From Lingula anatina (Eukaryota; Animalia; Brachiopoda), in assembly GCA_051362555.1 (NCBI GenBank), contig CM120646.1, forward strand, positions 15,810,001 through 15,874,000: a stretch of DNA of 64,000 nt, written 5' to 3'. Below the pieces are notes generated by a model, which made no database searches, was not told where the DNA came from, and saw only the letters and a program-made list of their open reading frames with translations. The position numbers and the translations under genes were made by a program. Shown here one piece after another: positions 1-12,532 of this stretch (the first letter of the stretch is position 1; the number at the start of each line of letters is the position of its first letter).

Positions 1-349
1 AATTTATGAGTTGTTTATTTTGGTTTGTCTACATTGGTGTATTTATTGTGACTAGGTTGGTACATTCTTAAAAAGGCAAATTAATGATAATTATGGTTTT
101 TACACTGTGTGTTTGTGTTTCATTACACCTTTTCCTTCTCAGTAAAACGTAATACTGTGGAGTGACCCGCATTGATGTTGGTGAAACTTTTTTCAGTCTT
201 CTGTTGCACCATTTTAGATCATATTTGCTTAAACCAAAAAGAAAGAAAAAATAAATGAACTTGATACTACGCATATTAATGTTATTGAAGAAATATATTT
301 ATAAATATTACATGATCTCTTATTCAATTTTTGTAATAATTTTTTCCAG

Positions 350-3300
350 AAAAGTTCAGCAAGCCGAGTCCCACCACAGATCACAGTTACTGTCCAGGTA
401 TTTCCATGCTTGGCAGATGTGGCTAAAACAGGCGCAGTTAGACAGGCAGGCGGCCACTGAACAGAACAGGCTACAGTCCAAGATGGCAGCTCTGTTGGAT
501 GCAGCTGCTACTGGTCGCCTCTGGAGCAGTAGACAGGAGAGCGAGGGTGTTGCAAGTGGGACCAGTCACAGACCAGAGTCTGCCAGGGAGAAAGTTGTAA
601 GTGGTTGCTAATGGAATACATTAATTCTTATATTAAGCTTTGGCTTGAAGGATTAAGAATGCTTAAAGAGAGGTTTGCTGTAGTGAAGACTTAACATGCT
701 TTTATAATAATTCACGGTGCTAGCACCTTTTTTCAGACTGGTGCAAAATCTTTGAATCTGCTTCCGTGCATCCCATAGTATTTATAAATTATGTAGTATC
801 CATGAGCCTAAAGTGCTATGAAGCCTGTTAGTCTCTAATAAATGCAAATTCTATGGATTTTTCTGTGTTCAAACTTACAGCTCTCTTGCTCTCTCTCTCT
901 CTTAGTCCTATTTTAGGAATTGAGCATTTTGTGCAACCTGATTTACTCCCTGGGTTTCTGGTCCTGTCATCATGCTAAAATGAGTGTTTTCATCTTTTTA
1001 CTAAGGATGCCTTGTTTGAGCAACCTGCCAGACCAAGACCCCAGTCAGCCAGGAGTAGTACCAGTACCTTGGATTCATTCAAGGTCCCAGCTGCTAAGAA
1101 AGCCTGGCAGCCTCAACCAGCCACAGTTCCCACACAACCGTGGCAGGTCACAAAGAAACATGTTCATCTCAGCAAAAAGGAATTGGCTGCTATGGGCAAC
1201 CATGACAACCAGTCTAGTCCCCATGACAACCCACCTGGTCCCCATGGTGATTATGTAGATAACCAGTCAGATGGCCAGAAGAGCGATGGGAGAACCAATC
1301 AGAAAAAAGCACCATGGCAGAGGGAGCCTTTTATGGTTAATAGCCATAGTCATAGAACTGAAGCTCAGAAAGAAATGCTCAAGAAACAGAGAGAACAGAT
1401 ACAGGAACAGCAGAAAATGATAGAGGAACTACAGTTCCAGCAGAACCAGTTGATTCTTCAACAACAGCTGAAAACTCAGGAAGCAATCAGAGAACAGCTC
1501 AATCAGATGACTATTGCTGATGTCACAGACGAACAAATGAAAAAGATGAATAAAGAGCCAGAGAAAACTGACAGAAGTGGAGGTTCCACTGCAAGGTACC
1601 ATGCTTAGCTCATAACCCTAACATCTGATTACAGTTGGACGTGTGTATGTATGACACAATGTATGGTATCTTTCACTGAATTGATAAGACTTTTGTAGTA
1701 ACAGCCATGTGGGTAAACCACACAATATATAAAGCATCTTGAAAACTTGTATCATACATTCAGATTCAGGTTTAACTCATTGTGATTTTTGATAATATTT
1801 TGATTTCATGTGATTAAAAATGCTCATATTTCTCTAGGTCGGCTGTCAGTGAGTCCTCTGAGAAGAGTGACAATACAGCTGCTTCCAAGAAGAGCATGGC
1901 ATCTTCTAAATTTCTCAAGAGTAAGATAATTTTAGGAAATGTCTGTCCATATAAAACCTGTGTAGAAAATAAGACCAGTTAGTCAAGTGTCCAAAAAAAA
2001 ATTACTTGTTCTCATCTTATTTTCATTAATTAGGCAGTGCCTTAATTGCAATTTTCTGTTGCTTTCATTATTTAAGATTAAGGGAATATCTTTGTAGCAT
2101 TTATTCAAGTTAAATTCAAATAGTTAAATTTTTTTCTGACATAGGTATAGAAATTTAGTCCCCTTAAGTTGTGACTCCCTTATTGCTTAAACCAAATGAC
2201 AGAACAACTTGTCAAAAATTGTCGTAGTTTCAATTGCAGTTTAACAGACTGTAATAAGAATTTTTGGTAACTGCAATTTGTGTTTTTATGTCTGGTTAGA
2301 CTTCAACAAGCTTGATGGCTTTCAAAACCAACATTTCAGACATGGAGGCCCGTTCAGCAGAGAGGGCAAGGCTGAAGGCGGAGAGGGAGGAGAAGAAGAG
2401 AAAAGCTGAAGAGGAACAATTGGTAGGTGGTAAATGTATATAAATATTAAAAATATGAATTTTAGATATTGAACACTGATACTTTTGTCATGTCATTCGT
2501 ACTTAAAACTTTTATTTTTTAAGTTTATCCCTTAATGTCTCATTTTAGGCAAAACTTGAACAAGAAGCAGAAGAGAGAAGACAACAGGAGGAAGAAGAAA
2601 AAAGGGCTAGAATAGAAGCAAGGAAGGAACAAAAGAGAATGGAGAAACAGGTAAAATAATCAGGTTTTACAGGTAATCACAAATTAGGCTAAGATTGGTC
2701 CCAGATACTGGTAATTCATCTATTTTTAAGAAAAAAGAAAAAAAAAAGATATATAGATTTTGGTGTACTAGGACAGCAAGTATAATCCAGTGAAGTTTTG
2801 TAATGTAACAGATTGTGATTTATAACACCAGGTGACTGCAGTCTGCAATATTAAAACTGATCTCACACTGATAGACTGTTAACACTGAATTGAAGCTGGA
2901 ACAGTCAAATTTTGTAAATTCCTTCAATTACTAGCAACAATTCATGTTTTGGGTCAGAAGATTCTTAGACCATGGAGCCTTGAAAACCAGTAGACTACAC
3001 AATTTTTGACTCATACTGGCTGTGTCAGTCCTTGCACTATTACTAACTGACTTCAAAATTTGATTTACACTGTAGAATAAGACTGAACAGGTCAGTGTCC
3101 TTCTTTCAGAGAGAGCTGGAGAAGCAGAAGATGGTGGAGAAGGCACAGCAACAGATGAAACAGGCTGAGGAGCACTACAGGCTGGCTTTGCTGAAACATA
3201 AAGGTGACCTGCTAGAAATGATAAAGGATTCTAGAAATTCAATGACAGAAGACATTAGTGCATCAGAAAAAGGGAGATGAATGCATTTGCACACAGACGT

Positions 3301-4943
3301 ACGCACACTTCTAATAAATCATGTTTTTTGACTGCCAAAAGATGTCAGTGTTAATAACATTGAGATATTTAAATGTTAAATATGGAATAAAATAATGTCA
3401 CAAGGTTGACTGTCCTTTCATCATAGTAACCTCTCTCTTTGTGTTCCAGGTTTTCTCCCGTGGCGTAAGTTAATGGACATGTCCAGAAATAACATGGAAG
3501 TTGCAGTGGACCATGCTAACACAGTGCTTTTACGGTACATGACCTTATGTGTCATACCTTGTATATTTTTCAACTCCTGTCTTTCTGTGTCATTGATATC
3601 TAGAGAGACTGCATAAACAATCTCACCTGATTTACACACACATACATTTCATTTTTTACGCTTACGAAAGCTTAATCCACAATATACATTTACTGTTTGG
3701 AAATTAAGGACTAAGAACATTTTTCAGTTTGCTAGTTACAACATATTATTAAACCATCAACATTGGAGTGTTAAATCTGACAAAAGGGTAAAAAAAATTA
3801 CTTGTGACATAGCAATGGCATAAATATTTGCAGTAATGTCAGTTTTAATCATATCTTTTAGTGTCTGACCTTTTGTAATTTTTTCATATCTCTCAGATTT
3901 TGATAAAGTTTTATATAAGTAGGAAAGATGAACAAGATGAGCTGAAGATTAACTTTATTTGATTCAGAAATTGCCTCCTGTCGTGGCACGCCCACACCAA
4001 GGAGGTGAATGAAGAGAAGACTGAGATGGCAGATGAAATGGCAAAGTTCTTGATCATTAGAAGATGCTTCAATAACTGGAAACAGGTGAGTATGTATTAC
4101 CCTGTTGTAGGGTGTATGCCGGCGTGTTTAATACAGGAGATTGGAAAAATTGGTGTGGACAACTTGTATTTTAGCTTTGTAACCATTGCTTACATTTTGT
4201 AGAGGCTTACTGTATGTTGAGGCATACAGTATTGTTTACTTACAGGAGTGTTTTCTTTTTACTGATTAAAGTATTTTCTGTGTTCTACAAATTACATGAA
4301 CCTTTATATCACTTAGATCTTGAGTGTTTGGTTGGTGATATTCAAGCTGTTTTATGGTAGCAAACACACATACACACAAAAGAGAGAAGCTTGTTTTCTG
4401 TTTGCCGTAAAAATATATTTTCTCCTAATCACCTTCTTATTCCATTTTTAGTATGGCAGATATATGACAATATTAGAAGAGAAGGCAGACAGATTCTATG
4501 TACGCCACCTACAGGTGAAAATCCTTCGTGCCTGGGCTGAGCATGCTTCTGATGAGAAGTTTGCAGGGTGGGAAAGAGACAGGATAGCAAAGGAGCATAA
4601 TGAATGGTAAGATTATGCAAAGGTCACACCATCAGGTGCACATACACATGTAAAGAGTTGGAGGGAGGTCCTCACCAAAATTAGACAAAAAAAAATTAAT
4701 AACATTTGCACATGAACTGTTAATTTTATCAATTTGTTTTGTAATTACACTTCATTTAAGTTATTTTCACCTGTTGGTGGCACATATAGAATTTTCTATT
4801 TCAGGCGGCTGTTAAACTCAGTACTAAAGGCCTGGAAAGAATTCCCCAAGATGCTGAAAGCAGAGCGCGAGAAGGAGAGAAGAAGGGAAGAAATGAGAAA
4901 GAAAGTTGCATCTATACTTCCAGATTTCGAAGGACTTCCTTAA
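350..4943 (+). CDS. CCDC191: Coiled-coil domain-containing protein 191-like, 3' part (5' exons lie upstream of the window)
   Basis: Ten GT-AG exons join in one frame: 350-596, 1006-1595, 1838-1920, 2340-2422, 2549-2650, 3110-3203, 3450-3534, 3968-4085, 4452-4606, 4805-4943 (TAA). The product has an E/K/R coiled coil, Trp-containing repeats, and a C-terminus RREEMRKKVASILPDF resembling remembered CCDC191 RRQQLRRKVVEILPDF. Confidence 0.85.
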
Positions 4944-5510
4944 AGAGATATTTTGTACTACAGTTATAAAAGGTCTGTGATACTGTGACATTGTCTTAAT
5001 TATGTCTGTGAGTATATATGTTTTCCTTTAAAGAAGGGATGCATACTTTCACTCTTCTGGATGTAATTTAAAACCACCAGATAGATAATATTCTCAGCTG
5101 TAAGCTTATGTGTTGCTTGCAAGTGATTTATCTTAGCTGAAAAAGTTGTAAAGTTATGTGCCCACAATTTTTAGAAATTATCAAATATTTTAAAGTGATA
5201 TCAGTCAAAGATATGGCATTGCAGCAGATGTATTAAATTTTGTTATTTGTAACGCTCTTACAGCTATATTAGTTTTGTTTTATTTTCAAAGGATGTTTGT
5301 GACAGGATTAGAATCAGAGTGACTTTGTGATCTCATATTTGCTAATTAATTTTTTATGGCCAGTGATTTGTATTTACTTTGATATAATAATACAGAAATG
5401 ATCTCATGTGCAAAAGTTTAAAAAAAGCAGTTATAACAGCATGGTAGCTTTAAACGATTAAGCTTATTGCGTAGAAATGGAGGTATTATTTTGTGAACTA
5501 TTTTAGGATT

Positions 5511-5715
5511 ATTTTATAACCTTCTCCAAGTGTTGGAGGTTATGAGATCCAACTTAATATTCATGGTTGTCTGCTCGTCTGTACACATTCCAAATTACTT
5601 TTACAGTCTGTCAGATAATTTTAGTGGTGGAATTGGTAAAAAGCAAAGATAAACCTACACAGTAGTATCCTCATGCTTCTAATAGTGGTGGTGGGGGTCT
5701 CCATAGTCTTAGTTT
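5511..5715. mobile_element. Possible degenerate HINE/DINE-like non-autonomous element
   Basis: T-rich start, stem-loop ATAACCTTCTCCAA-gtg-TTGGAGGTTAT, a GTCTG-type tract and a 3' end ggtgggggtctcc...cttagttt. Architecture only. Confidence 0.25.
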
Positions 5716-6129
5716 GATTCCACTCCATCTTCATGCTCAGAGCTCAGCAGTTATGGTGAAAAGTTGTGTTTAGCAACTAGTTTTCGACTGAATTTTTTTA
5801 ATGCTGCCTGGCATCACAACTGATTTCCTGGCCCTTAGTTGCACAGATGCATGGTGTCAAAATGATGTCTCAGTATGATACATTTTGAGGCATTTGTAGC
5901 CGAATATAGAATGACACGTACACTATACTGCATCTCATTCACCATGTTCTTTATTCTCAATGCAGAAATACATTACATACATTATACATCTGATGAGTGA
6001 CAAACAACCGAAAAATGATGAAGAAAGTCACCCAAAAGAAATGGTGCTGGCAATTTATATCTTCGGCTCATGTGACAAAATATGTGACTCATAATGTGAC
6101 ATCTTGTCAATTAGCCATTACCTACATTA

Positions 6130-6395
6130 GGCATAGAGTTTCCAGTAAAACGAAATAGCTCAGGTGTTGACCCCAAGGTTCATTACTGCTCTTGGCAGTG
6201 AGAGGCAAAATGCAAGCTCTTTTTTCATCAAGAACTCCAACCTCTTTTTCACATTAAACATAGCCAAGTGTTGAATAAAAAATGCTGCCAATATCTGCAT
6301 GGACCAAGGATGTCCATAGGGATTCTAGTCTGAAAATGGGCAACCATTTGGACCACTTGGACCTAAATCATTAAACTCTGGAATCCTTTTCTCCC

Positions 6396-6446
<51 letters not shown>

Positions 6447-6968
6447 TTTCTAAATTAAACATAAAACTTGACCTGAAGATCTCTGTTCTTTACCAAAGAT
6501 GATATCAATACCATTAAGGTCTTCTTTCATATTTAACTCTCTTCTCAGCCATTCAATTACAATTTTCCAAAATGTAGAAATTAAACTGCATTCCCGGGAG
6601 GTGTGCATGATTCAGAGAAGTGTTGATTTTGGAAATCATGAAAAATATGCAAGCCAGCAATATGAGTTGTTGTTCATCATACCAAGGTTATATGTTGATG
6701 GCATCAACTCAGTATGTTTCACTTTAAGGCTTTAACTACACTAGGCACAGAGTTTTGACTTAAGCGAAATAACTGAAGTGTTTGTGGAATGACCCCAAGG
6801 TTCTTTGCATTGAGAGGCAAATTCGAAGCTTTTTGACTTCAGAGCTGGTACCTCTTTGTCACATTTAACAAAGCCAAGAGTTGAATGAATGCGGCCAATA
6901 TCAACATGGACAAAGGTTGTTCATGGGGATGTCTCTTAAAAAAGGCCATCTATTTGGGCAGCCTTGAC
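6130..6968. repeat. Diverged direct duplication (~6130-6362 and ~6744-6968)
   Basis: Colinear shared blocks: ggca(t/c)agagttt, gaccccaaggtt, tgagaggcaaa, tcacatt.aaca.agccaag.gttgaat, gccaatatc, catggac.aagg. Confidence 0.7.
6397..6449. repeat. (TTTA)n microsatellite
   Basis: Directly visible tetranucleotide run. Confidence 0.95.
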
Positions 6969-7496
6969 AGTTAAGAGTTGCAGTAAGGTGACAGGGTGTC
7001 CAGTTTTTCCATCACATCAGGGGGTCCACATTCTCCAGGCAATCCGTAGTGCTTTTATTGCCATGCATTACACTAGTGAGACCAAGTTTTCCATACTTCC
7101 CGCCATGGAGTCCATGTTCTCCATAGAGAAGTTTGGCGAACCCGAGTGCTTTTAGCCTTATGCATTGCTCAAGTGCAACAGGGCATCCATGTTTTCCATT
7201 CTTGGTGGCATGGAGTCCACAGCAAGGTCTGGTGATCCGGAGAGCTTCATTGTCATGTCTTGTGTAAGCAAAAGTTCCAGATTGTTGCATGCTTAGGTGG
7301 TGACTTCTACATTCATTGACACCTTCCTATCTAGATGCCTGTGGATTTTTCTTTGCAAGTAAATCTGGCAGACGACACCTCAGGACCGTAATAAAACCAG
7401 AGCAATGCACTTCAAATCCATAGGCTTGGTTTTGTGTGTACATGTTGAAGTCATTCTTAGGTTATCTTTAAAAAATTAAGTCCAAGCCAAAATATT

Positions 7497-8400
7497 GGCA
7501 TTCACAGATCATCCTCAACTTCTCTTATAATATTTTTCTTGTTTTGCTTTGAAAAACATTATTTCAAGTTTTATTGTTTACTCATGGCAAATTTGAATAT
7601 CGAATATACATAACTTTATCATAAATATAATCATATCATAAATATCAAGACTATTTTTCTCCACTTGCATCAACATAGAGGTATTCACAGGAAATCTTCA
7701 GCTTCTCGTATAAATTTTTTCTTCGTTCTGCCTTGTATGCCAAGAGGGCAGAAAAGGATATGTACCTAGGATTATTGATGCTTCAGTAAAAGTTATAATT
7801 AGCTAAATTTTCCATTTGTTATCTAAACAATTAATCTGCCACAGTATATTTTGCCATTTTTTCTGGAGAAATTGGCCTTGAAATATGGTGAAATCTGGTG
7901 GACCCTTGGTCTTGCTACAAACATAGAAGTTGTTACACTCCAACTGTAGACCACTCCTCTGTCAGTTGAGCAATAATTGACAAGCAAAAATTGTGGCACA
8001 CAACGTAGTTAAGTTTTCTAAGCACTTTTTCTAACTACGCATAAAGGTTACCAAGAATTAATTTAGTAAAAATCTTTTTAAGAGTTTTTTCATATAAAGC
8101 GCAAAATACATTATTAATTCTTTTAGACTGGTATTATCCTCAGCTTCTCTTATAAACATTTATCCCCGTTCTGCCTTGTATGCCATGAGAACAGAACAGG
8201 GCTTGCTGAGGATTATCTTTGCTTCTATATGAAGCAAAAGTGGGTCCATTTTACATTTTTATAAGCTTCTTTTTAAAGCTCTTCAGCTTATTCACCCACT
8301 CTCCCTTATTATCTGTGCTTCTATAGTTGGTGTTAAGATTACATTTTTTTTTTTTTTCAATTTTCTTAACTATGATAGTATGCATGTATATATAAATTTG
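7497..8400. repeat. Degenerate copies of the nested-hairpin module
   Basis: Partial copies at ~7497-7550 and 7680-7784 and a near-complete unit at 8130-8331 (atcctcagc...ccccgttctgcc...gctgaggattatc...aagtggg...cacccact...tatagttggtg), matching the 9875-10767 array. Confidence 0.85.
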
Positions 8401-8402
8401 AA

Positions 8403-9213
8403 TCATTTCAACTTTTCACACGGATCATCATTTATGTCACACTTTATTCTCTTTCCGCTTTTCAACTGACAGTATATGCCGCAATTGAAGTACCAAGCGC
8501 TTTCTACTTTTTCGTGTTGTCGCAACTTACTTATTAATGACAGGTTTCTTTTTGTTATGTCATCATGTAGGCGGACCCCCGAGTTTATTTCTTTCTTTTT
8601 CATCATGATCCTCCTTTTGATCTCGGAGTTTCTCATCTTTACAATCAGTGATTCCTGGTTTGGCTGGTAGGCGGTGAATCGCAACTATGTCTTCACAATG
8701 CAGCTCAAATTTTAGTTTTTTTCTTATCAGAGTGAAGAAGAGATCTCGAACATTCTCATCTTTCTGTGCAGGTAGATTGACCACCCTAATGTTAGTTTTT
8801 CTAGAATATTGTTCGTTTCTGTTTGCCATTTGTAATGCTTCCTTTGCAGCATATTCTTTTTGCTTCAGATTTTCTCCAATTTGTTTCAACTGTTTTTCTT
8901 TGTCTCTTATATTTTCCTTCATATTTTCCTTCTCTAGCTGTAGACTGCCGATGTGTTCTTGTAAGTCCCCTACACGTTTAACATAGTCAAGTCTCATAGA
9001 TTCCAGGCTTTCGTGGAATCTTGATTCTATTTCTATCAGAGTGTTTTTTATCTCCTCTTGCATGCTTTTCATTAAGACATTTGTAATATTTGTTACCATG
9101 CTCTCCAGGTCGGCTTTTTTAATTGTTTCTTTTATTTCTGATCTTATTTCTGCTATTTGGTCCATCATTATTTTCTTTTCCTCTGCACTACAGTTAGCAA
9201 CTTTCAGTTGCAT
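8403..9213 (-). pseudogene. LINE ORF1-like protein (coiled coil + L1-type RRM + CTD), frameshifted
   Basis: Coiled coil, then NEQYSRKTNIRVVNLP and EDIVAIHRLP (ORF 8563-9213). A frameshift near 8650 leads into SLIVKMRN...LHDDITKRN...VESAWYFNCGIY (ORF 8403-8684). These are typical non-LTR retroelement ORF1 motifs. No ORF2 follows. Confidence 0.8.
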
Positions 9214-9874
9214 TATGCTTTATGTACAAATTAAGGTGATTAAAAAAGAATAAAATAAAGAAAAAATAAAACACACTTCATGTTTTATTGTTTATTCATG
9301 ACATATTTGAAAATCAAACATAGACCAAAGTATAACTATAAGGACTATTTTTCGGTGCTGATCTGGTGCCTGGGTCATCACTCAACGTTGCTGGGGCTTT
9401 TCCTCTTAGACTCCTGCTAGAAAACAAACCTTTTCCTTTATATGATGTTATATTGAATAAAGTGGAAAAAAAAAACTTTGGATATGTACTCCACCCATGT
9501 TGAAATCTCAAGATTTTTGTGTCTCAAATGGCTGGAAAGATTATTATTTGCCCCTCTTGTGGCATGTGTGGCATTAATTTTTTTTTTTTTTTTTTTCATA
9601 GCCAGAGAGGCATCCTATTTTGCAATATCATCTTTTATGCATAGGATCTGTACATTTGATGAAGTTGCCTAATTTTCCTTTCTGTGTGCATCTTGGTGAA
9701 GGTATGCACTCTCTGAGTGTCTTTCAGTTGTAATATGTGTGACTGCTTTATATACATACAAGTTAAAGCGATTTAAAAGAAAATAAAGATAAAATTAAAA
9801 CATTCTTTCATGTTTGTTGTTTATTCATGACATATTTGCAAATCAAATATACACTTAACTATAAAAACATTTTC

Positions 9875-10767
9875 TGTGCTCTCACCAACATATAGGTATT
9901 CACAGATAATCCTCAGCTTTTCTTATTAACATCATTTATCCCCGTTCTGCCTTGTATACCAGGAGGGCAGAACGGGGCTTGCTGAGGATTATCTGTGCTT
10001 CTTTATGAAGGGAAAGTGGGTGCATCTATATAAGCTTTTTAAAAACACTTCAGCTTATTCACCCACTTCCCTTACATAAAGGTATTCACAGATAATCCTC
10101 AGCTTTTCTTATTAACATTATTTATCCCCGTTCTGCCTTGTATGCCAGGAGGGCAGAACGGGGCTTGCTGAGGATTATCTGTGCTTCTATATGAAGGGAA
10201 AGTGGGTGCATTTTGCTTTTTGCATGTAAGCTTTAAAAAAACTTTTCAGCTTATTCACCCACTCTCCCTTACATATAGGTATTCACAGATAATCCTCAGC
10301 TTTTCTCATAAATATTTATCCCCGTTCTGCCTTGTATGGCAGAACGGGGCTTGCTGAGGATTATCTGCGCTTCTTTATGAAGGGAAAGTGGGTGCATCTA
10401 TATAAGCTTTTTAAAAACACTTCAGCTTATTCACCCACTTTCCCTTACATAAAGGTATTCACAGATAATCCTCAGCTTTTCTTATAAACATTATTTATCC
10501 CCGTTCTGCCTTGTATGCCAGGTGGGCAGAACGGGGCTTGCTGAGGATTATCTGTGTTTCTATATGAAGGGAAAGTGGGTGCATCTATATAAGCTTTTTT
10601 TAAAACACTTCAGCTTATTCACCCACTTTCCCTTACATATAGGAATTCACAGATAATCCTCAGCTTTTCTTATTAATATCAATTATCCCCGTTCTGCCTT
10701 GTATGCCAGAAGGGCAGAACGGGGCTTGCTGAGGATTATCTGTGCTTCTATAGTTGGTGAGAGCACA
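9875..10767. repeat. TIR-bounded tandem array of 4.5 nested-hairpin units (176-197 bp)
   Basis: Units start at 9895, 10081, 10278, 10454 and 10642. Terminal inverted repeat TGTGCTCTCACCAAC / GTTGGTGAGAGCACA. Stems: CACAGATAATCCTCAGC/GCTGAGGATTATCTGTG, CCCCGTTCTGCC/GGCAGAACGGGG, AAGGGAAAGTGGGTG/CACCCACTTTCCCTT. Confidence 0.95.
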
Positions 10768-10859
10768 AAAGTTAAAATTATGTCATTTTTCAATTTTAAC
10801 TATAATAGAATATTTGTTTTAACATAATTTTTTTCTTTTCTGCCTCTTGTAAACTTTCT

Positions 10860-11720
10860 AAAGATACATTTTCTTCTTTTTTTTTTTCTTTTCTTTTTTT
10901 TTTTTTTTTTTGTTGATTTTTGTCATTTCTCTTTTATGTCGTTACTACAACTATATATAAATAGTACATACTTGCCAATAAAATATTTGCCCTTTTAATT
11001 ATATAATAGTCACATGAAAACTGTTATTAGATGGTCTGAATAAATAAAAGGTTTCCAATCAAAAAAAAAAAAAAAACATGCTCATAAATATCAAACAAAA
11101 ATGTGAACACTTACCCAAAAAGGGTAAGAAACTACAAGATTTTAAATTAAAAACTGACCATGTGAGGTCTGAAAAACTACAAGAGTTCACTATATGTGAA
11201 GACATATTATGGAATATCCATATACAGAAAATCAAAGATTTTGTCAGTTATCCTGCTTTTAACAAAATATCAAAATATGATGACATATACTTTACTTCAC
11301 ATTTTTTTATAATTTTCCCTTTTCATTCCTTTTGTAAAGTTGTTAAAATACATTTTCCATTTTTTTTTTTTTTTTTTTTTTGGTAAATTTGTCATTTCTC
11401 TTTTATATACTTACTACATTAATATTTAAATGCTACATGTGCTTGCTAATTAAATCAATTCCATTTTAATATAATAAAAATAACATGAAAAATGTTACTG
11501 GATGGTTTGAATATAAAAAAGGTCGCCAATTTTTTTTAAAAAAACTAAACATATGCTCATTACTATGAGACAATGATGTGAACACTTACTCAAAAATGGT
11601 AAGAAACTACAAGACTAGTATTTTTTAATTAAAAAGTGATTATCTGTGTGAGGTCTAAAAAACTACTTGGGTTTACCATATGTGATGACCTAAAAATGAC
11701 CATAAATAGTTAACTTGCTT
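10860..11720. repeat. Diverged ~490-bp tandem duplication
   Basis: Both copies (~10860-11265 and ~11344-11720) share poly-T, tttgtcatttctctttta, acatgaaaa.tgtta, atgtgaacacttac.caaaaa.ggtaagaaactacaaga and tgtgaggtct. Confidence 0.8.
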
Positions 11721-11754
11721 TAAAGAAAAATCTCACAAAACTATCTCCTAGTAG

Positions 11755-12260
11755 AAACGAAAGCTTTTCTATAATGCATATGCACTCCTTTATCTAGACT
11801 ACTGTGCCACTGTATGGAGCAGTAGTCCGAAAATCTTTAAAATACGTAAGTGTCAAAAAAGTGCCACTATATTCTTTTTAGATCAAAAACGGGCACAAAA
11901 ACCATTCCTCTACTTATAAAAACTTAAACTGGCTCACCATTTTTGTGAAAATAAATTTTAGAAATGTTACAATGCTTTACAAGTCCTGAAATAGTTTGAC
12001 ACCTTAGGACTTGAGTAGTTTGTTTGACAATAAAATATCTACTATTGCAAAGAGAAAAACCTAAATCAAAGAACATATATTGACAGGCACTTAAAATAAA
12101 GACGTTTCAAACAATGGGCCTGTCTAGAGCTCTATACTTTTATGGAATAATCTTGACAGTGACATGAAATTCGAAAACATTACAAAGTTCAAATTCAGCC
12201 TACTTAAATTTTATCAAAATAATGTGGATTTTTATTCTTGTAATTGTTGTATTTTTGTAA
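11755..12260 (+). mobile_element. Degenerate 3' fragment of a CR1/L2-type LINE ORF2 (C-terminal to the RT core)
   Basis: Translates RKLFYNAYALLYLDYCATVWSS...CQKSA, then KNLNWLTI and LWNNL...KFK across stops and frameshifts. These match the LDYCxxVW / LxWL / LWNxL motifs of LINE ORF2. Confidence 0.75.
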
Positions 12261-12532
12261 CTATAAATATATTTAAAAATTTGGATAAATCTATATATTA
12301 GCATAACCAAAATATTTTCTTAAATTCTTCTTAATACAGCCTGGACCCTGGAGCTGTCTTCTGGCAGCAGAGGTGTCTGAAACAGGAGGATATATTTTGT
12401 ATTATCATTATGAGACGAGTTCATTCACTGGCCCAAATTGGGTCACATGACATCACATTTCAAGGAATCTAACACTGGTAGACATCATGATGAAATGTTT
12501 GACTGTACTTCCAGTGGGAATTAGTGGATTTA

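Noticed and set aside
9895-10767. Hammerhead ribozyme in the repeat unit (CTGAGGA...GAAA...CT[T/C])
   Set aside because: Core-like words and a helix III are present, but helices I and II cannot form adjacent to the core, and CTGAGGA is buried in a 17-bp stem.
9895-10767. H/ACA snoRNA cluster or CRISPR-like array
   Set aside because: The lower stems look too long for H/ACA geometry and the boxes are inconsistent among units. There are no unique spacers and no cas genes, and the DNA is eukaryotic.
8403-12260. ORF1 plus RT fragment as a single LINE
   Set aside because: They lie on opposite strands in the wrong order, so they are independent remnants.
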